Below are positions 24,688-38,408 of a stretch of DNA of 64,000 nt, one piece after another. The notes under the pieces are model-generated. The model worked only from the letters and a program-made list of their open reading frames with translations. It searched no databases and had not been told where the DNA came from. This DNA comes from Dimorphilus gyrociliatus. Its lineage: Eukaryota; Animalia; Annelida. Each line of letters starts with the position of its first letter. Within the stretch, counting starts at the first letter, position 1. A program made the translations under genes and the position numbers. The stretch lies in assembly GCA_904063045.1 (NCBI GenBank), contig CAJFCJ010000006.1:4294408-4358407 (forward strand), read 5' to 3'.

Positions 24688-24702
24688 AACTAGATGGCGC
24701 TA
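24688..24702 (+). promoter_or_regulatory. CTCF-like motif (AACTAGATGGCGCTA) between the EXOC1 3' end and the ADAM start
   Basis: Near-consensus GC-containing motif within very AT-rich intergenic DNA. Confidence 0.55.
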
Positions 24703-24910
24703 TATAACTACTTTTAGAACGTTTTTAATATTTTAATATAATCTATTATTTGAATAATACCAATAAGAAGACATCATAAAAATTATATTTATTTTATTTA
24801 TTTTTATTGACAAAATCAATTTAAATTAATTAACGTTATTATATTTTTTATTTAAATGATCACGTGATCCAATATCTTTACAGATTTCCTTTTTTTTAAT
24901 TTTTTATTAA

Positions 24911-27900
24911 ATGCTTAAGAAAAATTTGATAATCAATTATATTTTATTAATTTCTAATGATTTTATAAGTAAAGTATAGCATAGAATGTTTAATTTTAAA
25001 AGTTTTAATAAAATTCTAATGATTTAAAAGAATAATAATTTATTAATATTGCAGATGGGAAGAAATTAGATTCTTATATTAATAATTACGAACTTGTTTC
25101 ATATCCTATTTTTTCTTATCAACAATCAGAAATATATTGGGATTTTAATGCCTTTGGAAGGTTTTATTCTTTTAAATTATGTTTAAACATTCTTCTTTTT
25201 GCAACATTTCGTTTCTAAAAAATTAGACAATTTCAAATTATTCTTAAAAGAAGTGAAGAAAATATCCTTACAAAAGATTTTAAGTTGTCAATCTTTAAGA
25301 AGGATGTTCAAGATATAAATATTGACAACTTTTATTCTGGTTTCGTTGTCAGCGATAATAAATCATCGGTTATCGGTCATAAAACTGGAAGTACGTTTGA
25401 AGGAGAAATTAATGCATTTAATAGTCGTTATCAAATTGAAAGAGCTACAAAATACTTGAATTTCTCACATTCGAATAAGTTTGCAATTATCTATGATGAA
25501 TTGGATGTTAATGTTAATCCATTTAACAAGAGGAGAAATGGTAAGTCTGCAACGTGTGCAATTGAAAATCCAGATTTTCTGGAAGAAGAATTCAAAAACT
25601 ATCTAAAAAATATTGTAAGAAAAGTTTTATCTTTCTCAACATCTTTATTCTAGAATACTTTTTTACATACAGTCCGAGTTAACTCGTAGTAGAAGTAAAA
25701 GGCTATCGGATAATAGAAAAAGAGTTTGTGTTATGCAAATAACAACGGATATTACATTATGGGAATATTTTACAAATAAATCTAATAATTTTGAAGCAAC
25801 AGCATACATAGTTGATTATGTTAAAAGAATCGTATCGAAAGTAAATGACTATATATACTTAAAGTTTTACTTTAAGTTCCGACCGGAAATAATTTGCTTT
25901 TTATGTAGGCTTCTCAAATTTTCAAAGCAACTGCATTTGAAGGGGTTGGCGAATCCTTTAATGGAATAGAATTACTTCTTGGAAAGTTAGAAATTATTAG
26001 CGATTGTGAAAAGAGTTTAGATTCCTTAAAAAATGAACTATGTCAAAAGAATTTAGGTGCTGCTTCTGTTCTGCAAATCTTGAAGGAAAATAGAAAGAAT
26101 GGACAAGATTTTTGTATAAATTTATTATTTAGTCATAGAGATTTTCAAGAAGGAACGTTAGGTTTAGCCTTCGTAGGATCACCAGAAAATAGTAGGTTTA
26201 CACGCTCGCGTGTTTCTTCCTTACAAAATATCTCCTTATAATTTTTATTCTTAAGGATTCTCTGGTCCTTGCGCCCTTAGCTATGTAAGCTTCAAACTTT
26301 ATATATTCATTTAATAGATAGGGAATATTTATGTTGATTTAGAAAAGCAAAAATTCGAATGTCGGAATTATAACAAATAAAAATTATGGCCAAACTGTAA
26401 ATATTGTAATGATGAATATTGTTTTGGCACATGAGATTGGACATATATTTGGGTCTCCGGTAAAATGAATAACTTAAAATATTCCAAGTTTTTGTACTGG
26501 TAATAAATTGATTACTATTTTTTATAGCATGACAATGACAACTCATCAGTATACTTCAATAAGAAGTGTATAAAAGATGATCCAGATGGACTATATATAA
26601 TGTATTCTTCTGCTAGAACAGGAATAAAACCCAACAATGAAATTTTTAGTTTATGTAGGTGGGTATCTTCTGACTATAACTAACTATTTCACTAAAAAAG
26701 AACCGAATACCCAGTCGTAAAGCTATTGGACGTCTATTAAGTAATCTCTACCAACAAGATCATTGTTTTAAAAGTTGTCTTATTGAATAACTTATTGAAA
26801 TTCATTAATAGTACTTAATTTTCCATCGAAAAAGATGTTGGGGAGGCATACTGCGGAAATTACGTTATTGAAACAACAGACTCGATAAATGAGACTTGCG
26901 ACTGTGGATGGCAAAAGAAGGATTGCAATTGCTGCTACTCAAGTGATGATGAAAGAGGATGTACGTTAAAGCCTTATTATGTCGCCTCGGGGAAAAAAAG
27001 GAAAGTTCAATGCGAGTGAGTGTGTTATTATTTAAATCAAAATACAATACGCTAAAAGTGTTAAGAAAATGAAAATGTATCCTTTTTAATAGCATTTCAC
27101 AAGGACCATGTTGCGATAAGCAATGTCAATTAACTGGCTTTAAGTGCAGAGAAGAGAGCGATTGCGCGTTTTCCTCATATTGGTTGGTAAATTATTTATA
27201 ATTTTTCTTGTGTGATCTTTTTAACGATTAAATCATTAGCAACAAAAGTGGTGAATCGTGAGTTCGTAAAATAATGTATTTTTTTAACAATAATTCCCAA
27301 AACTTCATCAGAAGTTATTTTGGGGCACAATGTCCAGCACCTCTTCCAAAAGCCGATGAAATCTTGTGCAGAGATAGAACTCATTTTTGCTCAATGGGGG
27401 TAAATAGACAGACCATAAATAATATAGTATTATTCTTCTGTAATCATCAAGATAAAATAACAATAGATATGCTCCAGGAGTGTTTGTGAAAAAATTAATG
27501 GATTCAAGTCATGTGTAAAGACTATAAAAAGGAAAAAAGTTGATCTGAGATACTATTGCTTGTTATCCTGCACTCGTAAAGTTTATTTAGTTTTTATATA
27601 AAAGTCAAAAAGCTAGAGTCAAGCATGTAAAATCATTTTAGATAAAGAATATCCTAATATTTGCGTTAACAAAGATGATTTTAATTCTAGTATTGTGCAT
27701 ATGGAGACGTTTAGACAATTATTTAATAATATCTTTTCAAATGACTCATATGGTGTTCAACTTCTTCCAGGTTATAGCAAAAACTCTTATTGTTTAATCT
27801 TTTGAAAAACGAGTGATCCATTAGGTTCTCCTTGCAACGGTGAAATTGGCTATTGCGATTCTCTCAACAGATGTAGAGATATTGTTACTTTAGGACCCAT

Positions 27901-28426
27901 GAAGAGGCTAAAAGATATACTCTTATCTTTGAAGACAAATGACCTAAAAATATTTTTAAAAGAATATACATGGACTTGCATACTTACAACATTATCATTA
28001 ATTATCCTCTTGGCCATTTTTATTTATATCTTTGATCCATCATGCCACTATGAAAGAAGATATTTGGTATGTATGTGGTTGTTTTTTCAATCACTAATCT
28101 TAATATTTTGACTATTCTTAAAATATATTCAATTTAGGCCCAATTAAGTGAGATTAGGGTAGCAGCAAAATTTAAAAGTAAGTTTAAATTAGAATTCTAA
28201 AAATTTACACTAGCTCAATTTTTACAATAAAGGTAGTGCTAAAAAGAAATTTAGGTCAAAAAAATCAAAAAAAGATAAAATACGATCAAGTTCATTTAGA
28301 AAAAGTTATGAATCACGACTGGAGCGGTAATTAAAGCATTAAAATTATCGTTTCTATTAAATGTATGCTTTGTCTAGAGAGGAAAATGAAAAAGAGAATA
28401 AAACTAAGCCACCGAAGAGTAAATAA
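24911..28426 (+). CDS. Divergent ADAM10/Kuzbanian-like membrane metalloprotease, many short exons
   Basis: Prodomain (LDSYINNYELVSY...DFNAFGR), RSKR furin site, zinc motif AHEIGHIFGSP|HD, Met-turn YIMY, disintegrin CGN..ETCDCG, TM WTCILTTLSLIILLAIFIYIF and basic tail. First and last exons are less certain. Confidence 0.85.
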
Positions 28427-28868
28427 CAGAAGTGTTTGTAAAGTAATATGGATTTGTATCAAATAATTATTAGTTGCATTGTGTATGTATGTTTTGCTAT
28501 AATTTAAATTAAAGAATTGTCTTAAACTATTGATTCATGTTTTTCAGGTTATAAATTATAAACCAGCTCGTTTTATCGAAAACTATGAAAACGAAAAGAA
28601 GAGTGAAAAAGCTCATATATTTGTTATTGTATTTCCTGGACAAAGTTTTAATTGTTACCAGGATTGCTGAATGTAGAAAAAAACTTTAGGGGACAATGCT
28701 CAAAGTTCCATATATCGTATTCTCATTCATTGACTATAGTTATGTAACCTTCGCAGTCTTTGGAAAATGAGAATCATGTTCGAAAATATAAATTTTCAGC
28801 TTTTACTCATTATACATATAATTAGATTAGATAACAATGGACAAATTAATGAAAAGAGAACAGTTTTA

Positions 28869-29868
28869 TTACGATTTCTTTTCACCTTCAGTCTTCGCTT
28901 CTTCTTCTTCAAACTCCTTTATCAATTTATCGAGCTCTTCGTTAGGCAAACTTCTTAAAACCGTTTTTCCATCTTTTCGTGTCAACGTTGCAACTTCAAC
29001 TGAAAGGCATAAAGTATTAGTTTCAACTATTAAAACATATATTAATAGTAAATTTATAAAATACCTTTCTCGCTGGACAATTTATTTGTATCCAAAGTTT
29101 TACTGAGAACTTTAACAGCTAATTTTAATGCTTGATTAAGGTTCAAATCATCCTTGTATTCTTGCTTAAGCATTGAAACAGCTGAGCTGCTATTGTTCCC
29201 GATACAAGTCGCCTTCCATCCACCGTAGTTTCCACTTGGATCACTTTGATACAATTGAAATCCGTAGTGTTTATCCCAACCCATATAAAGAATGGACACG
29301 CCAAATGGTCTCTTTCCTCCAAATTGGGTGTAGGCTTGTTTAATATCGCATAACATACTAACGAGCTGTTCACCAGGTATCGGCTCTTGATATTGCAGAG
29401 TATATCTTTGGGCAATCAAGCGTAACTCGTTTGTCAAGACGTTAGCGTCCGAGGTGATGCCTGCTACACTACAAGCTAAATCTTCATTTAGCTTATAAAT
29501 CTTTTCACTTTGTGCACTCTCATCAAGAAGCTTATTTGTGTTTCGACGTTCGGCAGCCAAGAGAATTCCATCATTAGCCAAAATCCCTAGACATGTTCCA
29601 GCGTGACCTATAGCTTCCATTGCATATTCAACCTGATATAAGCGACCCTCCGGGGAGAAGATTGTTGTTCTAGTATCATATCGTCGGGACTGTCAGAACG
29701 ATAATAAATGATTGAAATAAGCGGCGTGACGATGCAGTAATGAAAATTAGAAAGAAAAGTATTTTTTCACAGAAATATATATAAAAAAATGTTTCAAATT
29801 ATTTATATAAAACCAATCCAGTAATTTGGATATGAACAATGATGATACACAATATATATCCTTACCAT
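28869..29868 (-). CDS. PSMA4: Proteasome subunit alpha type-4 (alpha3), 3 coding exons, 252 aa
   Basis: ATG-only coding part of the first exon (29868-29866, followed by GTAAGG), then exons 29689-29065 and 28999-28869. [31 protein letters not shown] matches. Confidence 0.97.
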
Positions 29869-30468
29869 TTTTACAGTTTTCTTTTTTTAAAAAAACTATA
29901 AAATATGGAAAAACTGGTGCGCGTCGGAATATTTCAGTAATCTGGCTGTCTAAACTCCGCTCAGAGACGAGCAAACTCTTGATGTGGTTCTTTTTAATAC
30001 AGTAAATTGGCCAAAATAATTTTATTTTTAAAGACTTAAATAAAACTTAACAAGATAAAATACTTTCTAGGTTTTACTTTAGTCCTCTTCAAAAACTTGA
30101 AATCCTAAAATTGCATTTTCGAAATATCTTCATTAAACTGAAAATAACTAAAGTGTCTGGAGAATCACTTTAATAGAACGACCAGTCAAAGAAAATGAAT
30201 ATTTCAATATTATACATTAAAATGCATAGCAAATATTTTATATCTTTCCGATATAGCATGATTCTATGGACAAATGAAGAATATTTTAAAACTGTAAACT
30301 AATTCTAGCATTTAGTATAACCTCCCTATATTCTATATAATATCGGTCAGAAAACGCGTACCGGTTGTCAACCGGTCATACTCCATTTTTTAAAATATTC
30401 ACCGGTTTCGCATCGGTTAGAGAGCAGTTATACCCGACAATGTATTAAAGTGGCTACCCCGGACACCG

Positions 30469-30480
30469 GACGCCATCTTG
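30469..30480 (+). promoter_or_regulatory. YY1-like motif (GACGCCATCTTG) in the PSMA4/CCAR1 bidirectional promoter region
   Basis: Matches the GCCATNTT consensus about 200 bp upstream of the CCAR1 ATG. Confidence 0.4.
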
Positions 30481-30683
30481 AATCAAACAATCTCTTTCTA
30501 GCTCATTTAATTTATGGGCAACACTAAACTACAAGATTTTACAACAATTTTCGTTAAACGATGATTCGCCATTTTACGATTTCATCAAAGAAATACTAGA
30601 AAAGAATATCTTGATAGTAAGTAGACACGACTGCAATATGTACTGCAACACGAACAATATAATTTATTGCAGTCGGTGAAGAT

Positions 30684-33600
30684 ATGGCTCAGTTTGGTGG
30701 AAAAAATCCGCCTTGGGCAAGACCTGATCGTGAGTTTTTTGCATTTGCTCCTCAGCAAAACTCGTTCAATTCAATGGATTTAAATGTTGCAGTTTCCCTT
30801 ACCCAAGGAATACCTCCTCAGCACATTGGAGGAGCTGTGTTGGCTCCAGGAGCTGTTCCTGCGGGAGGTATTTATAGTTTGACTACCTCTCAACCTGGAA
30901 TGGTACCTCAGCAATATACTGCTCAACAAGTTGCTGTTGCAAATCAATTAGGACAGCCTATAGCCACAGCAGTGCTACCTCCGGTATGTACAGCTTTAAC
31001 ACTTAAACTTGATTTATTTGAAGATATTCAGTCAATAGTACTTCAAATCATTTGTTTTTCGTACACATATTTAAACTTGAAAAGTAAGCTGTCGATAAAA
31101 AGTATTACCAACATTTGTTGTTCATTTATGGGGATATTTATCGTGAGAATCTGTCGTTGGCTTTTCATCACACATATATTTATATCGCTGCTTTTATGCA
31201 GATAAATAAATATATAGATATACGTGCGCTTAAATATTAGCTTAATCAATGCATCATAAGTGGGCTACTATGTTTCATATTGTAACTAATGGAAAAGCCA
31301 TTAGATTTATCAGCTAAATTTAAAATATAATTCCAACCTGCGTATTTCAAACGATACACGAATTATTTTGCCTATATAGGCGTAATAATCCATTTCTTAG
31401 GCCTAGCTTACAAATTTGTTATTTAATCCTTAAAATTAAAATACTTATATCAGATTCAGATTATTTTTATATTTATATATAATTTTTCATTTAATCCTAC
31501 TTTATTTTCAATTTTTTTGAAATAATGGTAAAGTTAGATTTTTTTTTACTTTAATCTCACGTAATTAACAAGTTTGAGAAATATTACGCGTTTTAGAAGT
31601 AAAGTTCAACAACTGTTTCTGATTTATAAACAATATAAATGCTATATATTTAATAAACTCTTCCTAAATAATATGTATTTTGACTCTTCTATATTTTTAA
31701 AAAAACAGATGCCTACTGTCAGTTATGCAGGTGCTAGACCAGCAGTAGCTGCACCAGCGGTACCAACAACCAACGCTCAAAATACTGTGAATAAACCTCA
31801 AAGGGACAGATTCTTCACTGGAACAGTAACAAAGTTGCACGATTCTTTCGGCTTTGTTGACGAGGATGTCTTTTTTCAATTAACGTTAGTAATCCGTTTG
31901 GCAATTATTGTTTTATCTAAGAATTAAATGAAGGACTTTTCTTTATCTTATTTATACTCGTTTACAAAGGAGAAGACGAACTATATAAGTCTTTATAAGT
32001 ATTTTTTAAAGCATAGATTGAACTAATCCCGCTAAAAATAGGCAATTATGTGTAACTAATAATTACTCCGAGAAAAATAAAATACCACGGACAATGCTTT
32101 TATTCTGCACTTTTTTAGACTGCAAAATGAATAATTTTTTTTTTTTTTTTGTAGTGTTGTAAAAGGACAAATGGTTAAAGTCGGTGATAGGGTTTTGGTT
32201 GAGGCTTCATACAATGTTAATATGCCATTTAAATGGAATGCTTCTAGAATTCAGGTGCTACCTAATCAGTGTTCTAGCAATAATCAGACAAATATCCCTG
32301 GATTCAAGGGTAGTCAATCGACTGGTAGTGGAGTAATGTCCCAGAATTCTCAACCTCCTGGTTTGTGATTTTCACTATTATTTTGTGTAAATAGAACGTA
32401 ATTGAATGCAATTTCCTAATACATAAAATATCCATTTTCGATAGTAGCAAGGCAAGGTAGTACACCTCAACAAACGCCTTCTAGCAGAGGAAGAAATCAG
32501 GACTCCTACAATAGAGATAGAGAAAGGGACAGGGATCGAAGAGAAAGAGATCGTAGGGATAGAGAAAGAGAAAGAAGATCTCCACCACCTCGACGCAAAT
32601 CCAGGTCACCAAGACCAAGATCACGCTCTCCGAGGCGAACTATCAGTCCAGTCCGCCCATTTCGTAGGTCAGCAATTGGAGGGGCCAATACATCAACCAG
32701 AGCTTCTACAAGATACCATGTAACTGTTGCGAAATTGTCATTGGATACTTTACAAGCAAATGTTATATCCCTCAAATCAAGATATCAAAATTTGTACATA
32801 CCGTCAGATTTTTTCAATGCCAAGTTCACTTGGTCTGAAGTTTTTCCCCTTCATCGACCATTGAGTCTGTCGCATCCCTGTTCCTTTCATGTTATGCATA
32901 AAGAAGTTAGCATGCCTTTGCCGACATTTTGCAAAGCAGCGCTAAATTCAGAACCTAATGACGTCGATTATCGATTTAGTGCTAAAGTTATGCTATTGGC
33001 TTGTCCTCCCCTTCCAGATTTATATAGAAAAGCATGTAATTTGGCTGAAGACTCGGAAAATTCTCATCAACACCCAACTAGGTTAATAAATTTTCTGGTT
33101 GGATTGAAAGGTAATTTATATTCAGCTTAAATAATGAGAAATATGCTTTATTAAAATAATTCATTATGTAAAATAGGAAAAACCGAGCCTATGGCTATAG
33201 GAGGTGCATGGAGTCCTTCTTTGGATGGTCAGGAACCTGAAAAAGATCCCCGAGTTCTTATCAACACCGCAATAAGAACGACAAAGGCCTTAACAGGGAT
33301 TGACTTGAGCATGTGTACTCAGTGGTTAGTACAATTCTGAGGAGTGCGAGGATCTTGCGTATCCTTTCGATGAACAAAAAGCTATTTAAAAAAAAGAGCT
33401 ATATAAAAAGTTTTCTTAGATGCTTCAATTCCCCTCCACAACCCAGTCCCACACAGCTGAGATTTTTTGTGTTGTAAAACAAGCAAACAAAATCATGGCA
33501 CTTTCTAATCCGATTATCATATTATTAAGGAAAATAATAACTAAATTGTAGTACTTAAACGTTTGTCGTTTAACAACTTTTTATTTCCTATTTGCTTTTT

Positions 33601-36401
33601 TTTTTAATTTTGACAAGTGCGATTTTAGCGTGTGTAAACTTGGCCACTCCTGCAGGTACCGTTTTCTAGAAATTCGCTATCAGAGGGCAGAAGAGCAACA
33701 TAGGGGGAAAACATTACCCAAACGAGTCGAAACCGTCGTCGTATTCGTTCCGGATGTTTGGAGATGTAGGCCGTCCGCTGTTGATTGGCTGAAGACGCAG
33801 AAATCGTATCAGGAATTGCTGGATTTCAAGCTAAAGGGCGAAAAGCTTGCTGCTGAAGAGGCTACTGAACAGGCACTTAATTTCGTTCTAATTTCCGCAG
33901 TTGTTTTATTCCACGGTTGTCCGAAATGCTTCGTTTCTTCTTTTAACATACTTAGTAGTTTTTTTTTGTCTTTATAGCATTTGTTTTTATTATAACCTTG
34001 TAGGATAAAAATTAGTGCGAATATGGTGCTGAATGGTTTCTTTTTATAGGCACTGTTGAATATATGACGTACAATATTTACAGACCTAGTTGTGTGGATG
34101 TTTAAACACTAGTTTATTTTTCTACCGTATCAGCTTGTAAATCCTATTGTCTTACTTAGGTCGATGTTACAAATGAAAAAGAAGAAAACAAAATGGACGC
34201 AGAGAATAACGAAGAAGAAAAAGTTTTACAGCCTTCTGACTCATCGCAATTGGATCTAAAATCTCTTAAAGTCGGTTTTTTTTTAAATCTTATGAAATTT
34301 ATTCATACTACTTTTTTTTATTATAGTTGACTGAATTACAACTTGAATTGGAGTCTAGAAATATTAATAGCAAAGGTATAAAATCTCAGCTAATTGCTCG
34401 CCTTACAAAGGCTTTAAAAAATGAAGGCGAAGTTGAAGCTTCTAATCAAGACGATCAGCCTGCATCTGAAACACCCCCAGAGACAGATGCTAAAGATATG
34501 GCAGAAGAGTCAGCTATGTCGCAATCTCCATCACAGGAAGCCCCTGAGGGCAAAGAGGAAAAATTAAGCAAGTGGGATGAAGAGGAAAAGAAGAGAAGAG
34601 AAGAGAGAGAAAAATCTCAATTAGAGAGACGATATACTCTACCCGATTCACCTGCTATTATATGTCATCCATCAACAACTGCTAAAAATGGAAAATTTGA
34701 TTGTACAGTAATGTCTCTATCTGTTTTATTAGACTATCGTCCAGAAGATAACAAGGAGCACTCTTTTGAAGTTTCGTTATTTGCTGAATTGTTTAATGAA
34801 ATGTTATCTAGGGATTTTGGATTTATGATTTATAAATCGTTACTTGCGGCTCCTGAAAAGCCCAAAGAAGACAAACCTGAAAAAACTGAAAAGAAGAAGG
34901 AAAATACAGAGAAAAATGGATCTGAGGAACCTGAGAGTAAAAAAGTAAAACTTGAGGAGAAAACTGAAAGCGAAGAAGATAAAAAGGAAAAAGAAACTAG
35001 AGATAATTTATCGAATGATGCTGACAATACCTCGGTTAAAAGTGATGAAAAAGATGATGAAAAACGAAGGCGGCGAGATAAAAAAGAAGAGAGGAGAAGT
35101 TCTCCGGAAAAAAATGTTAAGCATTATACAGCTATACCTAAACTGCTATTAGCCTTTGCGTATTTCGATCAAAACCATAGTGGTTATTTATTAGAAAAAG
35201 ATTGCGAAGATATTATCCATACAAGTAAGATTCTAACTAAATATTTTAGTCGGTTTAATCCATTTCTGTTGTTTTTTTTTTCAACAGTTGGTTTGCATCT
35301 ATCTAGATCGCAAATCAAAAAAATCGTTCAGAAAGTCAGTTCAAGAGATACAATATTTTATAGGAAGTTAACAGACAAAGCCGTTCAGGAGGGTGAGGAA
35401 AAAATTTTAGAAGATAGTGAGACTCTTAAGGAGGCAAGACTAGCTAGTGAAGCTCAATTTTATAAATCTTTACCAAGTGACGAAGAAATTGGAAAGGGTT
35501 TGTATAATTTTTCTCTTATTTTCAATATTAATTAATACATTTTTCTTTCAATATCCAATATCTTAGGTAACCGACCTAAAATTGAAGAGTTCAAATGTGA
35601 AGCTCAAATAGAGGAAGTAGATGGTGGTGATAATCATTTGATAATACATAAGGGAGCCGTAGTTGATATAGAACAAATCCTTAGTCGTTTGGAGACGTCA
35701 GAAATGGGCAGACTAGAAGTAGAAAGACGTTTCTCTACCGTAAAGGAAGAATTAGATTTTCTAAAGCGATCCGTAGTTAATAAAGAAGCAGCGAACAGTC
35801 AACTGCAAAATGATGTCATAGAAGTTAAACGACGATTAAGAGAACAAAAGCGAAATACAGATTTTGCTGAATCTAGGTTGGTTTTAACTAAAAATGTGCA
35901 ACACGAAATGTAATATTGCTTGTAATTCTAATCAATCAACTTTTTAGGGCTAAGCATTTAGTCGATTCGCTCAGAAGATCTCACGACTTGCTGGATAGAG
36001 CAAGATCAGAACTTGCTAACGCTCTATCAAAAGACGACGCCAAAAGGGAGAGAGAATCTGAAAGAGAAAAACGTGAAGAAAAAGAAAGAAGAGAGAGAGA
36101 GCTTAAGTTGAAACTAGAAAAGGAAGAGAAGAACAAAGAAAGAGAGGATAAAAGGAAAAATGAAGAACAGAATCAATCTACAAACCAGCAAGTTCAGACA
36201 GATATAGATAAAAAGCCAGAGGAATCTAAAGTTAAGACTGAAGCTAAAGAGGACTGTAACGCTGAAAAAAAAACTGAAGATAAGAAAGGCGAAAAAGATG
36301 TAAAAGATAACTGTAAAGAAGGACAAGACGCTGATGTTGATACTTCTTCAAATAAACAAGCAGTTGCCAAAGAAACTGATAATGTAGGACAATCATCTTA
36401 G
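30684..36401 (+). CDS. CCAR1: Cell division cycle and apoptosis regulator 1 (CCAR1/DBC1 family)
   Basis: MAQFGGKNPPWA N-terminus, S1-like FTGTVTKLHDSFGFVDEDVFFQ, RD/RS-rich region, DBC1 domain (GGAWSPSLDG, QWYRFLEIRY), SAP domain (ELESRNINSKGIKSQLIARL), EF-hand (FAYFDQNHSGY) and coiled-coil tail. Confidence 0.95.
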
Positions 36402-36933
36402 CTATTGAAAATTTTGTTATATACCAGGATAATTACTTCTTTATTTCTTATTATATAAAAAATTTACAGTGTTCATCCGCTTTTTCGGCTTCTAATGTTT
36501 ATTTATCGATTTGGTTTGCACATATTTATGTTAAGGAATGTAATTTTTTGTGACTAAATACAAATGGCACAGTGTATTTAAAACTTATTTAAAAAATTAA
36601 ATAAAGGAAAGCGAGAAGACAAAAAGAAGGAGCAAATACTGAGTTTCCATCAGGCATAATTTATATGTTTTTTTTATTCAGCTATTTTATAGTTTGCTAA
36701 AAGAGTAGATATCGATAATTAATGTTTGTCAATCTTATGAAAGAGAAGCAATTTTCTTTTATTTTCTTTTCACCTATATAGGACGATAACAGTTTTTTGA
36801 ATAAATTAAAAAGAAATAAAGAAAGATGTTGTATATAGGATAAATTAAATTTTTAAAATAATGTAACAATAACATCATCTCAAGTGTTTTTAATACATCT
36901 TATTAGTTTGTCACCAATTTTTAACATCACGCT

Positions 36934-38100
36934 ATGTTTATACCATCTTTTTCCACCAAATTGAAATACGAAGCTGAAATGGCGGCTAAAATACTTAGAG
37001 AATTTACAATGGTTGGTTCCAAAAATCCTGTTGATAAATTAATACCAGGTTGGATTAACAGTCGGTTATTTGCGTTATAAAACTCTAATCCTACATTTAT
37101 TACCATTCTTCTCCTGACAATATCACTACTTAGCTGGAATAATTGCGAATGCAAAAGGTTTAGCTATATTGAGAGTTGTACGAATGGGCTTTCTTTTGAC
37201 GGGGAGGGCAGGCAGTGGAATTATAATTACAAAGCTTAAAAATAATTGTTGGTGACTTACTCTTAATTTCTACTATTAATACGTAGAATAACACGTTAAT
37301 TACTTTCTGTCTAACAGTATGGTCGGCTCCTAGTGCAGTAACTTTAATAGGCGTTGGTGCAGGAATTGAAATAGGTGCAGAGGTGCTACACATCTTCAAG
37401 ATTTACCGTTTTACTCTTTTTTTAAAAGGGGGAAATGCTCCAATTATATATAACAATTATTCATTAGTTGACAGATTTTGTTATTATTCTAAACACCGAA
37501 TCAGCTGTTAGGGCGTTTGCCCAATCGGGAAATTTAACGTTAGGATCAAATTTATCTTTAGCCGTAGGACCTATTGGAAGAAATGTTGAAATTGATATAT
37601 CCCTAAATAGTCTTGCAGCTGTATTTACCTATTCCAAAACAAAGGGAATATTTATCGGTTGTTCTATTGAAGGAAGCATTCTTTTGGAAAGAAGAGATGC
37701 TAACACAGAGTGCGATTAATTTGAAAAAAGCATCTGCCTTTAATATCTCCATTCTTTAAGCTTTCAACTATACTTTTTATTATAAATATCAATCTTTTCA
37801 GATTTTATGGTAGGGCAATTAGTGCTTCAGAGATTCTATTAAATGGCAGAGTTTACGCACCAGCAAAATGCTCTGAATTATACAAAATGATTGAACTACG
37901 AACAGGCGAATACTGTAAAACGCAAACTACAAAATCAAGAAATTTTACCAATTCTACGCAACTGCAAAAGAAGATATCTTTAATACAGGTACTTATTAAT
38001 GATATATTTAATAAGTTATGAAGTTTACCCCATCAATCTTGCTAAAAACATCCCTTATAAACAGAAACTCTTAAATCCAATAGCAATGGTAAATATATAA
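36934..38100 (+). CDS. SYLF/Ysc84-domain protein (SH3YL1-like), no SH3 domain found
   Basis: Spliced translation AAKILREFT...DKLIP...NAKGLAIL...GRAGSG...WSAPSA...GAE-LTDFVIILN...AVGPIGR...AAVFTYSKTKGIF.G.SIEGS matches the SYLF domain. The 3' end is uncertain. Confidence 0.85.
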
Positions 38101-38136
38101 CATACAACATAAGATAATTTGAAGATATGAAAAATA

Positions 38137-38142
<6 letters not shown>

Positions 38143-38169
<27 letters not shown>
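38143..38169. repeat. (TC)n microsatellite, GAGA-like element, followed by TATAAAG at 38189-38195
   Basis: Directly visible repeat about 240 bp upstream of the PIN-domain ORF. Confidence 0.85.
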
Positions 38170-38408
38170 ACCACTCTTTTCTCATCAGTATAAAGAGTTG
38201 ATAGATGATAAAGGAGATCCAAAGGTTATTTCTAATAAAAATGATAATTTAACATAAACCAGCAGTCGATTGCAACTCAAATTAACGAAACATTATGGTT
38301 TATAGTAAATTGGAAAATGATTCAATATTTATACGTATTCCATTACGTAATATTTAGAATTTAAATTACTTTCCTAAAGATTAAGATAATAAATATTTGA
38401 TCAAGATT

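Noticed and set aside
27077-27086. GTATCCTTTT in an ADAM intron
   Set aside because: It is part of the pyrimidine tract just before a normal AG, and the intron has a GTGAGT U2 donor.
33359-33368. GTATCCTTTC (U12-like donor) inside a CCAR1 U2 intron
   Set aside because: No U12 branch site downstream and an in-frame stop precedes it. Roughly one chance 9-mer hit is expected in a window of this size and composition.
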